A stretch of DNA of 63,016 bases, counting the filler, from Lenisia limosa (taxonomy: Eukaryota; Protista; Breviatea): NCBI GenBank assembly GCA_001655205.1. It is 17 parts of 17 records of this genome, joined end to end, with 100 filler letters (N's around TTAATTAATTAA, not from the genome) between each part and the next. Parts side by side here need not be neighbours in the genome. Positions count along the whole stretch, not along the records: positions 23,727 to 30,018 come from LPNZ01006459.1; positions 30,119 to 32,584 come from LPNZ01010744.1; positions 32,685 to 34,716 come from LPNZ01002866.1; positions 34,817 to 36,842 come from LPNZ01003232.1; positions 36,943 to 46,406 come from LPNZ01008943.1; 12 more parts are not named here. One strand, given 5' to 3'. The position numbers and the translations under genes were made by a program. Of the stretch, positions 24,737 through 37,129 are shown piece by piece (positions within the stretch are counted from its first letter, which is position 1; each line of letters starts with the position of its first letter). A model generated the notes under the pieces. It did not search any database. It was not told where the DNA came from and saw only the letters and a program-made list of their open reading frames with translations.

Positions 24737-27020
24737 CTCATATCGGATAAGCCCTATTGAGTCCCCAATAAAGGGGACATCTTTCCCACATCCTTTNNNN
24801 NNNNNNAATAAACAAACATGATGATGGTGTAAGGAGGGCCGTGCTCTGCGCACTTGGTACATTTAAGGGCGTCAATATTGGAGCGTGCTCGTTTCTTGAC
24901 CCAAGTGTTTTGAAGAGACTTGAAGGTAAAGTGTAAAACTACAAAAGAGCCGCTTAGAATCAGCCCCAATCTGACATGTAGGGACGATACACTCTTCCCT
25001 GTCCAGTTGCGGATACGGGACACAGCCTTCTTATGGAGCGGGCGAAGGTCAGAAATGGAGAGAGCGAGGGAATAGGTTGCAACATGGGTTGGCTCATATC
25101 GGATATGCCCTATTGAGTCCCCAATAAAGGGGACATCTTTCCCACATCCTTTACACACACTATCAATGATTAAGGAATGTTATACGCCAAAAACACCAAC
25201 AACTTGTGACATGGCGTGTAGAGAGGCTAGCAGTGAATAGAAACCCCTTTCGTCCACAATTGTTTTCAAGCTAGATATATAAGTCACTTTCTATCTTTGT
25301 ATTTTCCTTGGCATACCTCTTCTGAGTGGCACCAATGGCACTCACTCTCAGCCAATGTGGCATTATCTCGAGGTGGATCTAAATTTACAGTTAAACCGTT
25401 TGAGTTGTACAGCAACCCATATCGAGTTTACCCTTTTCAGCTTCTGAAAGGGTGGTATCAACAGAAAGACCAAAATAGCCATGATTGTCTACACCATAAG
25501 TTAATACAGAACCAAACCCTTATCATTGCCATCATTGTCGTCATCAGATCCAGAATCCGACCCTGAGCTGGACTCGTCATCNNNNNNNNNNCGGATCTAA
25601 AATTACAGTTAAACCGTTTGAGCTGTAAAGCACCAACCCATATCGAGTCTCCCCTTTTCAGCTTCTGAAAGGGTGGCACCAACAGAAAGACCAAAATAGC
25701 CATGATTGTCTACACAATAAGTTAATACAGAACCAAACCCTCATCATTGCCATCATTGTCATCATCAGATCCAGAATCCGACCCTGAGCTGGACTCGTCA
25801 TCTGCCAGGATCTAGTTGGCGTAAGGATGGCTTTATGACTGCAGCAGAGTTCACGGCAACTGCATGAGTGATGACCTGGATAGATCAGTCAAGCACTTTT
25901 AAAACCATTTGTAGTAGTCTAAGTCGCATTAGGCAAGGAAGTTGGGAGATTAGTTAACGAAAGAAAATGGATAATTATTGGGAAACTACCTGTGTGTGGA
26001 AATGAAATGAAAAATCTGTCCAGAAAACTCCTTAAAATCATCACAAAAAAAACACTTCCAGGAAAACGGTGACGTGAGAATTAACGTTCAACTCAGCGGT
26101 GTTACAATATCACAGAATATATGGATTTTATTTGGTCAGTAAAAATAGCCAACCTGATTTCGATTTTCGGACGATGACAGGAAGGGCGGGTTCTACGGAG
26201 CCTGTTTGATAAAATATAAATCAACTCTATTGCGTCAACATTATGAAGGGGTTGAATAAGAATAAAAAAGTGACGTAGCAGAAATACGTTTATGTGTGTG
26301 TAGTTATTTCGTTTTCAGACACATATGTTATGTTGACATCCAAATAAGGGGGTATATATATGTCTATAGATGATATTATGAACTGCAACTCACAAACCTG
26401 GTGCAGGGAAAAAGACAACTACCTCGACTAACTGTTTCACTTCTGAGATCTAACCTTGTTAAAAAGACAAGAGGTTTTNNNNNNNNNNACCAGGATATAG
26501 TTGGCATTGTGCTCAACAAGGATGGCTTTGTTACTGCAGCAGAGTTCACGGCAACTTCATGAGTGATGACCTGGATAGATCAGTCAAGTACTTTTAGAAC
26601 TATTTGCATGAGTCTTAGTCGCATTAGGCAAGGAACTCCTTAAAATCATAAAAAAAAAAACACTCCCAGGAAAACGATAACTGAGCGGTGTTGCAATATC
26701 ACATATGAATTTTATTTGGTCAGTAAAAACAGCCAACCTGATTTCGATTTTCGGACGATGACAGGAAGGGCGTTCTACGGAGCCTGTTTGATAAAAGATT
26801 AATCAACTCTATTGGGTCAACTTTATAAAGGGGTTGAATAAGAATAAAAAGTGACGTGAAATACGTTTATTTGTTTAGTTATTTCGTTTTGTTGACATCC
26901 AAATAAGGGTATATATATTATGAACTGCAACTCACAAACCTGGTGCAGGGAAGAAGGCAGCTACCTCGACTAACTGTTTCACTTCTGAGATCTAACCTTG
27001 TTAAAAAGACAAGAGGTTTT
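24737..27020. repeat. Tandem diverged duplications separated by 10-N gaps
   Basis: 24737-24796 matches 25092-25151; 25370-25581 matches 25592-25803; 25803-26478 matches 26489-27020, with substitutions and indels. Confidence 0.8.
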
Positions 27021-27279
27021 TACATCAATATGATGGACTCACCACAACACGCCTTGACGCAGGCTCTTCAGCCAATGAAGGGTTATGGGTGAAACCGGTT
27101 GAGCCTAGCAGATCACGTAGCAAACGCTAAGACCAATGGTGTTCGTCCTTTGTCGCGATTGTCCTTGATTTAGACTTTTTGACAACAAATGCCAGATTTG
27201 GATCTTTTCCAATGAGAGGGTTGCCGCTCATGGTAGTGTATCGGGGTTCTCAAAGTACCATTTTTTCTCCTCATCAGTT

Positions 27280-27760
27280 GCGAATAGAAGCAATTTGCTG
27301 CCATGCTGCTTTGACGTCACTCTTCTCAGCGTCGGGGTCCTTGGCGATCTTGAACTGAGCCAGCAACTCTGGGGTATTCACAACACATGAGTAGAGAGGG
27401 ATGCTCGGTCGTACGGTTCGATTCAGCACGAAGCTCGGTCTTCAGAAGACCGAATATGACCAAATCTAGAAGTTGTGTGCATTGGGATGTCTGGGAGGGT
27501 AAAGCGTATATTACGATATTGTGATGTATAAGGGTCTCCAAAAAAAGCAAGACCAAAATGAGAAGGGTGTCCAATCAAGCATGCTCGATCCTCCCGAGTG
27601 AGTCCCTAGTCTCGCCCTGTCTTCTTCAACTTCCTTCACAAAATGATCGCACCCCCACTCCGTACATGAACGCATTGTCTGAAGATTGTCGTCTTCAATC
27701 TCTTCTTTCTCCTTCTAGACCTTTTTTTGAAAATAGTTTTAGAAGTTAGAGAAGTGAAAT
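27280..27760 (-). pseudogene. Decayed pogo/Tigger-type DDE_1 transposase
   Basis: With frameshifts reads EW..HFVKEVEEDRARLG...MLD/GHPSH...FLETLIHHNIVIYALPSQTSQCTQLLDLVIFGLLKTEL...KAAWQQI. This matches the pogo motifs LDGHxSH and LPxxTSxxxQPLD. Confidence 0.8.
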
Positions 27761-28047
27761 CTGTTATTGGGCCGAAGTGATTGCTATTATGATAAGGATT
27801 TTGATTAAGATTATGTTTCAGTATCGTCTCTTTATACCATTGCCTCTTTGTAAAATTGGGTCTTTTTTGTTCTGTCTGAGTAGATTGTATTTTAATGAAT
27901 TATTTTTGTTTTCAAAAAGAATCCAACTTGAAATTCCGTGTTCTATTTTATCATGTTTTTAACTGCTGTTTGTTTTTCTGAATATACAATGTCTAATATT
28001 ATATTTATGGATTATGAGAAATTCCGTCTTTTTTTTTGGAGTTTCAG

Positions 28048-29963
28048 GAAACCCCTCCCACCCCGATCGATTTACTGACAAGTGTAGCATCTACTGGATT
28101 CACGTCAATTCACCCCCGCGAAAACTACAATCACATTTGGACCCCCGAGGCAAATATTAATGATCTTGCACAGAAGGTTTGCTTACGCTTCATGTTTAGA
28201 TGTTGGTGGATTGTTTTGTACATGCGGATTGTTTTAAAAATATATTTTGACTCTTTGTTGAGTGTTCCGTGCAATTAATTGAAAATTTAATTTCAAAAAT
28301 AATTAATTGCACGGAAATCTAATGGGATATGGTAGCCCTTGTTATGACTTCTTCAGCATTCGTCTGTTGAAGCGGAAGAGAAGTTTTTGCAGTCTTTCTC
28401 CATTCCCCCTCTCAACTGTGCCAACTATGTAGGCTACACTTTTTTTGGGTGTTTCTTTTTTTGTTGTTCAGTTAGCGCCGAATCTCTATGATCCTTATTA
28501 TTCTTATTATTTATGTATTTATTATTATTTTTGTTTTTTATTGATTTCTTCTTTTTTATTTTGGTATTATTAGTATTATTAGTATTATTAGTATTATTAG
28601 TATTATTATTAGGATGAGGATGATGATGAAGAAGATGATGATTATAATCAAAAGAATAGTGATATAAAAAATAGAGAATACAGTAAATTATTTATTGAAA
28701 CTAAGAAAAAATTTGAACAAGGAAGGTGATGATGATAATCATCAACAAAACACAACCCCCACATATCATCATTGTTCAAATTTTATCTTCTTTTACAGGT
28801 TGATTTACGCCCGCTCCTCCCCATTCTCTTGCTGTTGTTTTATTTTTAAAAAATTTCCACTCCACTCGCCGCCACCCTACCTCTGTTTTCTATTTTTATA
28901 CGATAGTGGCCTTCTTTTACTGTGGTATTAAACAGTGATTGAAGTATACCTGCTTTGGTTATTGTACCCAGATAGATTTTATCTAACCTCTTCAGGTACG
29001 CTGGAATGATGGGATGTGGGGCTACAGAAGCGGCTTTGTTTGTTTTTGTTATCAACCCTCGAATGTTGATCTGGGCTTTTTTGTTTCATAAATTTTTCTA
29101 TTTTACTTCATCGAAATTTCCTTCGTTTTNNNNNNNNNNNNNNNNNNNNNNNNNNNNNNNNNNNNNNNNNNNNNNNNNNNNNNNNNNNNNNNNNNNNNNN
29201 NNNNNNNNNNNNNNNNNNNNNNNNNNNNNNNNNNNNNNNNNNNNNNNNNNNNNNNNNNNNNNNNNNNNNNNNNNNNNNNNNNNNNNNNNNNNNNNNNNNN
29301 NNNNNNNNNNNNNNNNNNNNNNNNNNNNNNNNNNNNNGATGGGGAATATGTCAATAGTAAAGCTGTTATGAAGTGAGTCAAAGGGGGATTTGCGAAAGTG
29401 ATTACCTACTTATAATAAACAGTGGAACTCACCCCAAATTGCGAGATTTTCTGAAATTGATAAGTATGGTGAAAATTTTATACTTATTAAGGTATAATAC
29501 AACAAATGGTGCTTTTCCGTATTATGAATGTTTTTTATTTTTTTGACTGGTATGATATTTATTCCTGGGATAGGTGACGGGAGGTTAGATATGTTTGTTT
29601 TTTATTTTGTTAGTGTTGATTGTTTGAATGATTTCTGTCTGTAGTATATTTTTCGAGAATTTTTCGGTTGTTTCGTGGGTATTTTCGAGGATTATCATCT
29701 ATTTTCGTACGAATTGAAGCCCTGCCATTACCCTACCAGACATAGCGCTCATCTTCGGTTCAAATAACGAATAGTTTCTCGATAACTTCTCGCAAACTGA
29801 CGATATTTTACCATTTCACGATCTTGAACCAACCGAAGTGAAGCCTTGCCATTACCCACCAGGCAAGCAGTGAACCTCGGCGCATCAGGCGTGTCTGTAA
29901 CTCCCTGGGACTCCGTATTGGTTGTTGCTACGACTTCAGCTGTTATGACTGTTAATCCGGATG
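28048..29963 (+). CDS. Uncharacterised multi-exon protein fragment (possibly beta-propeller)
   Basis: Exons ETPPTPIDLLTSVASTGFTSIHPRENYNHIWTPEANINDLAQK, DGEYVNSKAVMK, WNSPQIARFSEIDKYGENFILIK, QAVNLGASGVSVTPWDSVLVVATTSAVMTVNPD. Confidence 0.55.
28996..29130 (+). mobile_element. Introner-like element A starting exactly at a 5' splice site
   Basis: cttcag then GTACGCTGGAATGATGGGATGTGGGGCTACAGAAGCGG...GGGCTTTTTTGTTTCATAAATTTT, running into an N gap. Confidence 0.65.
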
Positions 29964-30225
29964 GTGGGAGAGGGGGCTAATGGGTAGTATTAACAGTATT
30001 ATCAAATCTTGTGACACTNNNNNNNNNNNNNNNNNNNNNNNNNNNNNNNNNNNNNNNNNNNNTTAATTAATTAANNNNNNNNNNNNNNNNNNNNNNNNNN
30101 NNNNNNNNNNNNNNNNNNTACTATCATTATAATTATCAGCAGACTTGGGTAGAGGCTTTCTTCATATTATACCCCTTAAAATCCCTCATAGAGTGCTACA
30201 ATATAATTAGACCCCCCTCCCCCGT

Positions 30226-32251
30226 ACTTAAGCAGGGAGGCCCAGGCGTCACCAAAATCGGGGTCAAGCTTGACTGTCCTGTTGAACCATGTACGCGCCT
30301 TATCAACCTGTGGGGTGGAGTAAAATTGGTAAATTTATGAAACATAAAGCCCAAAATCAACTCTGTTGGCTAACAACACACGATTGAAAACAACAACAAC
30401 AAAAAAAAAAAGCCCAGNNNNNNNNNNNNNNNNNNNNNNNNNNNNNNNNNNNNNNNNNNNNNNNNNNNNNNNNNNNNNNNNNNNNNNNNNNNNNNNNNNN
30501 NNNNNNNNNNNNNNNNNNNNNNNNNNNNNNNNNNNNNNNNNNNTTATGCCTGTCCCAGGAATTATATTTGATAGCCCCCACACCTTTCTGTCGGTACAGA
30601 AGAGTCGAGCAATGGCAAGAAAGACGAAAGGATCATGGTTACATCTAGAGAGTGAATGGCTATTATACATAGTAGTGTAATATGATACATAACACAGAAT
30701 GCCTACGGCTTCTCTACGGTCCCAAAAAAAAAGATCTCAAAACTTCAATAATGCAAAACATTGGATTTGGGATTTTCCCATTATTCCTACAGTTTTCCAG
30801 GAATAATACCGTTTTCTGCAAACATTTGTATGTATGAATTCTTACATAATAATAGCTAAATGTATGTCCACTGCCCGAAAACAAAGTCGGGAGCCTACTT
30901 TTTCAAAGCGTCTACAGAGCGGGTCTTCTGCTTGGCACGAGGCGCCATTTCAACTGCAAGAGCCCAGAGCATGCCTGGAATCGTGATTTTCTTGGGGTAA
31001 TTGTGTTTATGATATTGATGGAGTAAAATGGAAAATTGATGAAAGAAAAGAAGCCTAATTTCAACTCGGTTGGCTCTAATCCACCCCCCCCCCCNNNNNN
31101 NNNNNNNNNNNNNNNNNNNNNNNNNNNNNNNNNNNNNNNNNNNNNNNNNNNNNNNNNNNNNNNNNNNNNNNNNNNCTCTCTCCTTACGCCCGGCCTGGAG
31201 TTCAACCTTAATTGACTCCACCCAAAGCGCCGGGGTTCCGGGGATCCTGTTCCGAGCCTTCTCCATCACAGACCTGAAAATGTCACAACTATCGTGGCGA
31301 CATGCCCTATAAGGAAACTCTCTTTTCAACTTGCCTTATTAGGAAACTATCAAGACATTGGAATCCGAGAATTTAAGCCATACCTGGCCTTGGGGAAGTC
31401 TTCAAGCGAACACTCCAGTGATGAAACAGCAAGCCACAGGTTGATGGATTTGGGGATGTTACGCAGGCCGTTTCTATAGACCTCACCTAAATTGTCATTC
31501 GAGTGACGTTTTCATCTAATTTTCCATCTAATTTCCCATCTTTTTTGTTTTTGCTTTCAATTTAGAAATGAAAGAACCATGTAGTAATCAAACAATTCTA
31601 ATGAACATTCCCCCCCCCCCCCCCNNNNNNNNNNNNNNNNNNNNNNNNNNNNNNNNNNNNNNNNNNNNNNNNNNNNNNNNNNNNNNNNNNNNNNNNNNNN
31701 NNNNNNNNNNNNNNNNNNNNNNNNNNNNNNNNNNNNNNNNNNNNNNNNNNNNNNNNNNNNNNNNNNNNNNNNNNNNNNNNNNNNNNNNNNNNNNNNNNNN
31801 NNNNNAGGGGGGGGGGGTGAAAATAGAACTTAGACAATAGGAATTATAGCACAATGAGGGGGGTGAAAATTGGACGAAAAAAAAAAGGAAAGGAAAGCTG
31901 TGGTAATATAGTGATAACATGTTATTTGTGACAATTAGAGGATTGAATGTACTATTCTCAGCCCTGATTTACCCACCAAAATGGCACTCTTCATCCAGAC
32001 ACGCTTGCTGGAAGTCTTGGAACGAGCTCTCTCAAAGATCTAAAACGAATGAGCTTGTTTATTAACTGTATTTATCGAAGATTTATAGAGAATTAAGTCT
32101 TTTTGGAATCGAGTAAATAAGCAACAACAAAACATGCCTGTCGCCATACCTTGCGTGCGCGCTCAATGTTTCCTGTTTCCATTTCTAACTCAGCCGCCGC
32201 GAGCCAAATCTAATTAATTAGCAATCAGTTATTTTGGGAGCAGAAACATCC

Positions 32252-32284
<33 letters not shown>

Positions 32285-32543
32285 AATAACAACATCAACA
32301 ACAACAATAATAATAACAACATCAACAATAATAATAATAATAATACCAACAATAATAATACAGCAATAAAAAAGAAGAAGACAATGAAGCTCACCGCGTC
32401 GGAATCGGGGTTGGCAGCAAAGGCATTGGAAAGGGTCTCGCGAGCGTCGTCGATCTTGCCCGCCTCCCACTTCGACTTGGTCCACAACAGCCACAATGAA
32501 TCCTCTTTAGGACAGCACTCCACCGCCTTGCGAAGAACCAGAT
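30226..32543 (-). CDS. PRPF6: Pre-mRNA processing factor 6 (U5-102K), C-terminal HAT/TPR region
   Basis: AVECCPKEDSLWLLWTKSKWEAGKIDDARETLSNAFAANPDSDA / IWLAAAELEMETGNIERARK; RVWMKSA; LWALAVEMAPRAKQKTRSVDALKK; HDPFVFLAIARLFCTDRK / VDKARTWFNRTVKLDPDFGDAWASLLK. Collinear with PRPF6 as recalled. Confidence 0.95.
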
Positions 32544-32685
32544 CTATGGGATCATTTTTGTTTTGGAAAAAAATAAGCTTAAGCNNNNNNNNNNNNNNNN
32601 NNNNNNNNNNNNNNNNNNNNNNNNNNNNTTAATTAATTAANNNNNNNNNNNNNNNNNNNNNNNNNNNNNNNNNNNNNNNNNNNNG

Positions 32686-32798
32686 GTAGCCGTTATCCGT
32701 CCAGGACAGGTTAGTTATAACTTGGTAGAGATTATAATCTTCAGTTGATTGCGAGTGAAAGCGAGCTTAAGGCAAATCGCAAGAACCAACGCATGTGA
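32686..32798 (+). CDS. Family-X ORF, copy 2 (3' end only, at contig edge)
   Basis: VAVIRPGQ / 35-nt intron / LIASESELKANRKNQRM*; the intron position matches copies 1 and 3. Confidence 0.7.
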
Positions 32799-33217
32799 TT
32801 GCAAAGATGATGAAGAAAAAGGCCAGCAAGACGTAATTGTCTCTGTAATATTGTATTTTTGACTCTAATAATGTGTGATTTAATAATTTTGAAAGTATTG
32901 ATCAATTTTTCCCAACATTTGTTTACAGAAAGTGATTTGTTTGCAGGCTGGAATAACATTTTCGATAATGGAATTAGGAAACAAAGAAATAATCATAACC
33001 GTCACAGTTTTTCAAAACCGTCACAGTTTTTGTTCGGGAGCATATATGAACAACCCCTTTCTCCACACCTCTTCCTCAGCCTTCTGTGCTTCTTGTAACT
33101 GTAGACGTTCACGTTGTGCCTGAAGAGTAAGAAGTGATAGTAATACCATAAAATGTAGCAGATACATATGAAGTTCGACAAGAGATTCTCAACAACTACC
33201 AAACAAGTCTCATGCAA

Positions 33218-34716
33218 TTAAACAAATTGCAAGCAGTTCATTAAAGTAAAATCAGGGTGGGCTTCCCAAACCTTCTCAGCACGTTCCTTTTTGATCTTCT
33301 CAGCTCTCTCAAGGGACTTCTTTTTGTCGTAAATCACTCGATACTACATGGTGAGCAACAGAAACAATAGAATAACTGATCACCTAATCACTTCAGTATT
33401 CATGCTAGAAGAGTATGAACTTAGTCAGAATAAATATGATAGCAGTATTTTCCTATTGAGTATTGAATATATTTTATGTTGAAGTGTTTTATGAATGAAC
33501 TAGGAGCAGGAAATTAACCCAAAAGCCACCATGGTTCATAACCCACATCTGCAAGGCAATGGTCGATTTCAGCCATTCTGATGGTGAGGAGGTTGCTGTT
33601 TTCGGGGGAGCACTCGCCCATATCGGCCATGTCTCGGAAGCTGAACATGTCACGCAAATTAGATGTACTGCTTGATATGTTGAATACCGGAGAGACACGG
33701 AGTAAATAAAGAGCAATAGTACCCTGAAAGGCAAGAGGTACAACCAGGGGGGGGGGCTCACTATCTTTTATCTTGGTGGGGTTGTGGCAGCTCAAGCATT
33801 GTCTTGCTTTCCATGTTGCGAATACCCTGAGTTGTTAAAACAGCAAACATGACGATATAGCAATCTGATATTTCTTACTTGCAATTCTTACGGTCTAAAA
33901 AGTCCAAAAATGGTGGCATTAAAAAAAAGAAGTTTGGAAATATGCAGTCTTTGTGAGGCAGAAGGGAAGCTCAGATCCGCATTTGGCAACAGCAGACCTT
34001 GGCAAGATGGGCATAGGACTGGTGGCTGAGCTGGTTGCCATCAATGAACAACGACTCAAGGAGAGGGGCCTTTTCAACAGCCTTGGCCAGATGTTCACCA
34101 ATCTCATCCTAGAAGATAAACGGCGAGGTAACAACAACGGGGAAACCAAGAGTGGAAACCACAAAAGACTCGCACCCCCTCCCCCACAGTAGCGTTATTG
34201 TCGGAAATGTCAAGAACAGTGAGCTTGGACCTGGGGATGGCTTCGAGGAGTTTTGTGATGGCAGGGCCTGAAACCAGGTCTTTGCCATCGCCGCTGATTC
34301 CGAGCCATTTGATGCTGAATGGTCAGCGTTGAAATCAAAACGAGTGCTGTTGAAGGCCAACTCAAACGGCAATTACTCAACTCAAAAGGCAATGGGCAAT
34401 TACTCGAGATATTTTACCGTCGTGTGAATATACATATGTCCAAAAAATCCCGTTAAAAGACCCGCAACAAGAGCCGTACGCTAAACATACTCATTTTTCG
34501 AACTCAACAAGTCAGCGAGAAGACTGCACGCCTTTTCGATTTCGGTCCTACAGAGGGTAACTCCAAGCCCCAAGAAAGAGCAAAGAAAGAGCAACCTGCC
34601 CCAGATGCCACCTCACCTTGCCTCCGCAGGGGTACAGTCGAAGAAGCCGTGACGGTGCAAGTTCTTTCCAACTTCCAAACGCTCAATTTTGGGGCAAGTC
34701 GCCTTCAGAGCCGAGA
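33218..34716 (-). CDS. Leucine-rich repeat (RI-like) protein, 3' part
   Basis: IKWLGISGDGKDLVSGPAITKLLEAIPRSKLTVLDISDNNAT / DEIGEHLAKAVEKAPLLESLFIDGNQLSHQSYAHLAK; terminal exon ...KKSLERAEKIKKERAEKVWEAHPDFTLMNCLQFV*. Confidence 0.8.
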
Positions 34717-34853
34717 NNNNNNNNNNNNNNNNNNNNNNNNNNNNNNNNNNNNNNNNNNNNTTAATTAATTAANNNNNNNNNNNNNNNNNNNNNNNNNNNN
34801 NNNNNNNNNNNNNNNNATCATATAGTATCTAATACTATATGAATAATAAACTG

Positions 34854-36842
34854 TCAATCTCTTTGGGGAGGAGGGGGGTTTGGCAATTTAGGACTTTCAA
34901 ACGGAGAAAGAATATTCCTCAAACATGATGGCTCAGCCTCGGTGAATCGCCATGCTGTCTCAGCTCCTCGTCCGCTACTTCCTCCTGTGATGTGAGTGGA
35001 CTGGTGCTTCTTTTTTTTTTTTATCAAATGTAATCTGATTGTATTCATGGGGAGGGGGACCATCCCAATGAACCTCCCAAGAAAAGACATTTTCTATTAA
35101 ACTAAGCAAACCGCTATAAATCAAAGCTAGCCACGCCCCCGCCCCAAACCTGGAAATCAGCCGCCTCATGCTTCCATCTTGGTTCGCCCTGCGGGGATGA
35201 GTTAAAGCTTCCATTTCAAAAAAGAAGAATGGTGGGACTGTCAAACAATAATCGAAAAAATAACAATCAGGTTAAAAAAAACAAAGCGAAATACACCCCC
35301 CAACAGTAGCGCCTTCAAAAGCAAAGTATGAGAAATGTGTTTCAAGGGCTTCCTCCTCCTCAGTGTGCTAAACCATGAGCGGAAGTACAAGTGGTATTAC
35401 GCAGAAATAAGAAATGAATTGCAGCTTACCTTCATTTGTCTTTCATTTTCAACATGTTCGTGCCTGAAAAAGATCATTGTAAATGGGTAGGAAAAAAACA
35501 AAAAAAGCAAACACTAATTGCACATAATATTATATGATAATACATACAATCAAAGTGTATGTACATGTAGCTGAAACCACCCCTCCCCTCACGCCAGAAT
35601 GTTTTGGAGTGTTGCAGGGTGGAGCTTCGCAGCGACAATGACGGCTCCATGGTCCCCCTTGAACATTGCTTTGTCGGTGATCGTGATGGCTATCTCCCTG
35701 GGGGAGTGAGCGGCCACAAAAGTAAATACAAACGAAGAAAATAAAATAGCGAATGTATTGCAATTATGAATGTCGTTTCATGAACTTATTAATGGCCAAG
35801 TCAAACTAGAACTATGTTTCAAAACCGTTATAATTATTTTTATATCTACGACTCTTTGTTCAAAACATAACACGCCACTTCACTTTAAAAAGACGCCATT
35901 TGGAAGGGTTTCCTCAATGTTGCTCTCCCATAACAAATGGAGATCGGCATCATAGCATTGAACAAGAAGGCTCTACGGACATTAACATGAAAGAGTTCTA
36001 TTTACAAGATACAAAAAAAAAAAGCTACAGTGATTGTCAGATTATGTTTAACTGAAAAAATCATTTTAAAACAGTACTACCACCCGTATGACTGTGGCTA
36101 TTGAAGTAATTTGGTAGATTTGAATCCTCCCACCTGGGTAACAATGACGATAACTGGTTTCATATCATTTTTGTCAAGCTTTCTGAAGAATCAATCTCAC
36201 AAACAATTAAGACTAATTCAAGAAACTTATACAGTATGGTCACTGTCAATAATTTTAGAATCAGTATCATAGAATCCGTGTTAGTAATTATACATGTATA
36301 TATGATAAGAAAGCGCTTCACGGACTTCAAAAACAATGACCATATTTACGGATTCAGATTATTCGGTTCGTTATTAGTACCTTTACACCAATATTCTTCA
36401 TCTAAATCGTTTTACTCTCTCCCCCCCACCCGATTTGAATGGCCCCCGGGTATCTCCCCGGTCCGTGTTCATGGCCAATAACGGTGCGAGCCTAATAGAT
36501 TAGTAATCGACATTTGCTGCTGCTATAGGATAGTACCAATGACACCCCATTTCTGACCTTCTCACGGGCTACATAGCCAGAGGGTGCTAAACTGTCATAT
36601 AGATATCAATTTTGGGAAAAGAAGAGGCCCAAGAAACAATGCCAAAATAATACGACAGACAAACATAAGACACACTGCCAAACAATAATAAGACAGACTA
36701 AAAATGAATAAGACAGACAAACAAACGAAACAATAAGACAGCCAACCGGTGAGGGGCATGGTGTCAAGAATGACAATTGCAGGTTCGCGGGTGACTAGGA
36801 TGACTTCAGTGTGTCCGTCACCATCGATATCATAGGATACTG
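34854..36842 (-). CDS. FG-GAP repeat protein resembling plant NERD1 (partial)
   Basis: YDIDGDGHTEVILVT (FG-GAP); KPVIVIVTQ; VQCYDADLHLLWESNIEETLPNGVFLK / EIAITITDKAMFKGDHGAVIVAAKL; ETHFSYFAFEG; GEPRWKHE. The blocks recall Arabidopsis NERD1 in the same order (from memory, not searched). Confidence 0.7.
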
Positions 36843-37129
36843 NNNNNNNNNNNNNNNNNNNNNNNNNNNNNNNNNNNNNNNNNNNNTTAATTAATTAANN
36901 NNNNNNNNNNNNNNNNNNNNNNNNNNNNNNNNNNNNNNNNNNAAAAATTAACGATAAAAATTAATAAAACTGGAAAAATAAACAATAAAACTGGGAAAAC
37001 CAACAAAATACGAGAAACTGTAAAATTAACAATATGAGACAAACTGTTAAAATTAATAAAACAAGAGACACTGAAAAAATTTACAAAATAAAAGACAAAA
37101 TGCAACGTGGTAAATGCGAGAACAAGCAT

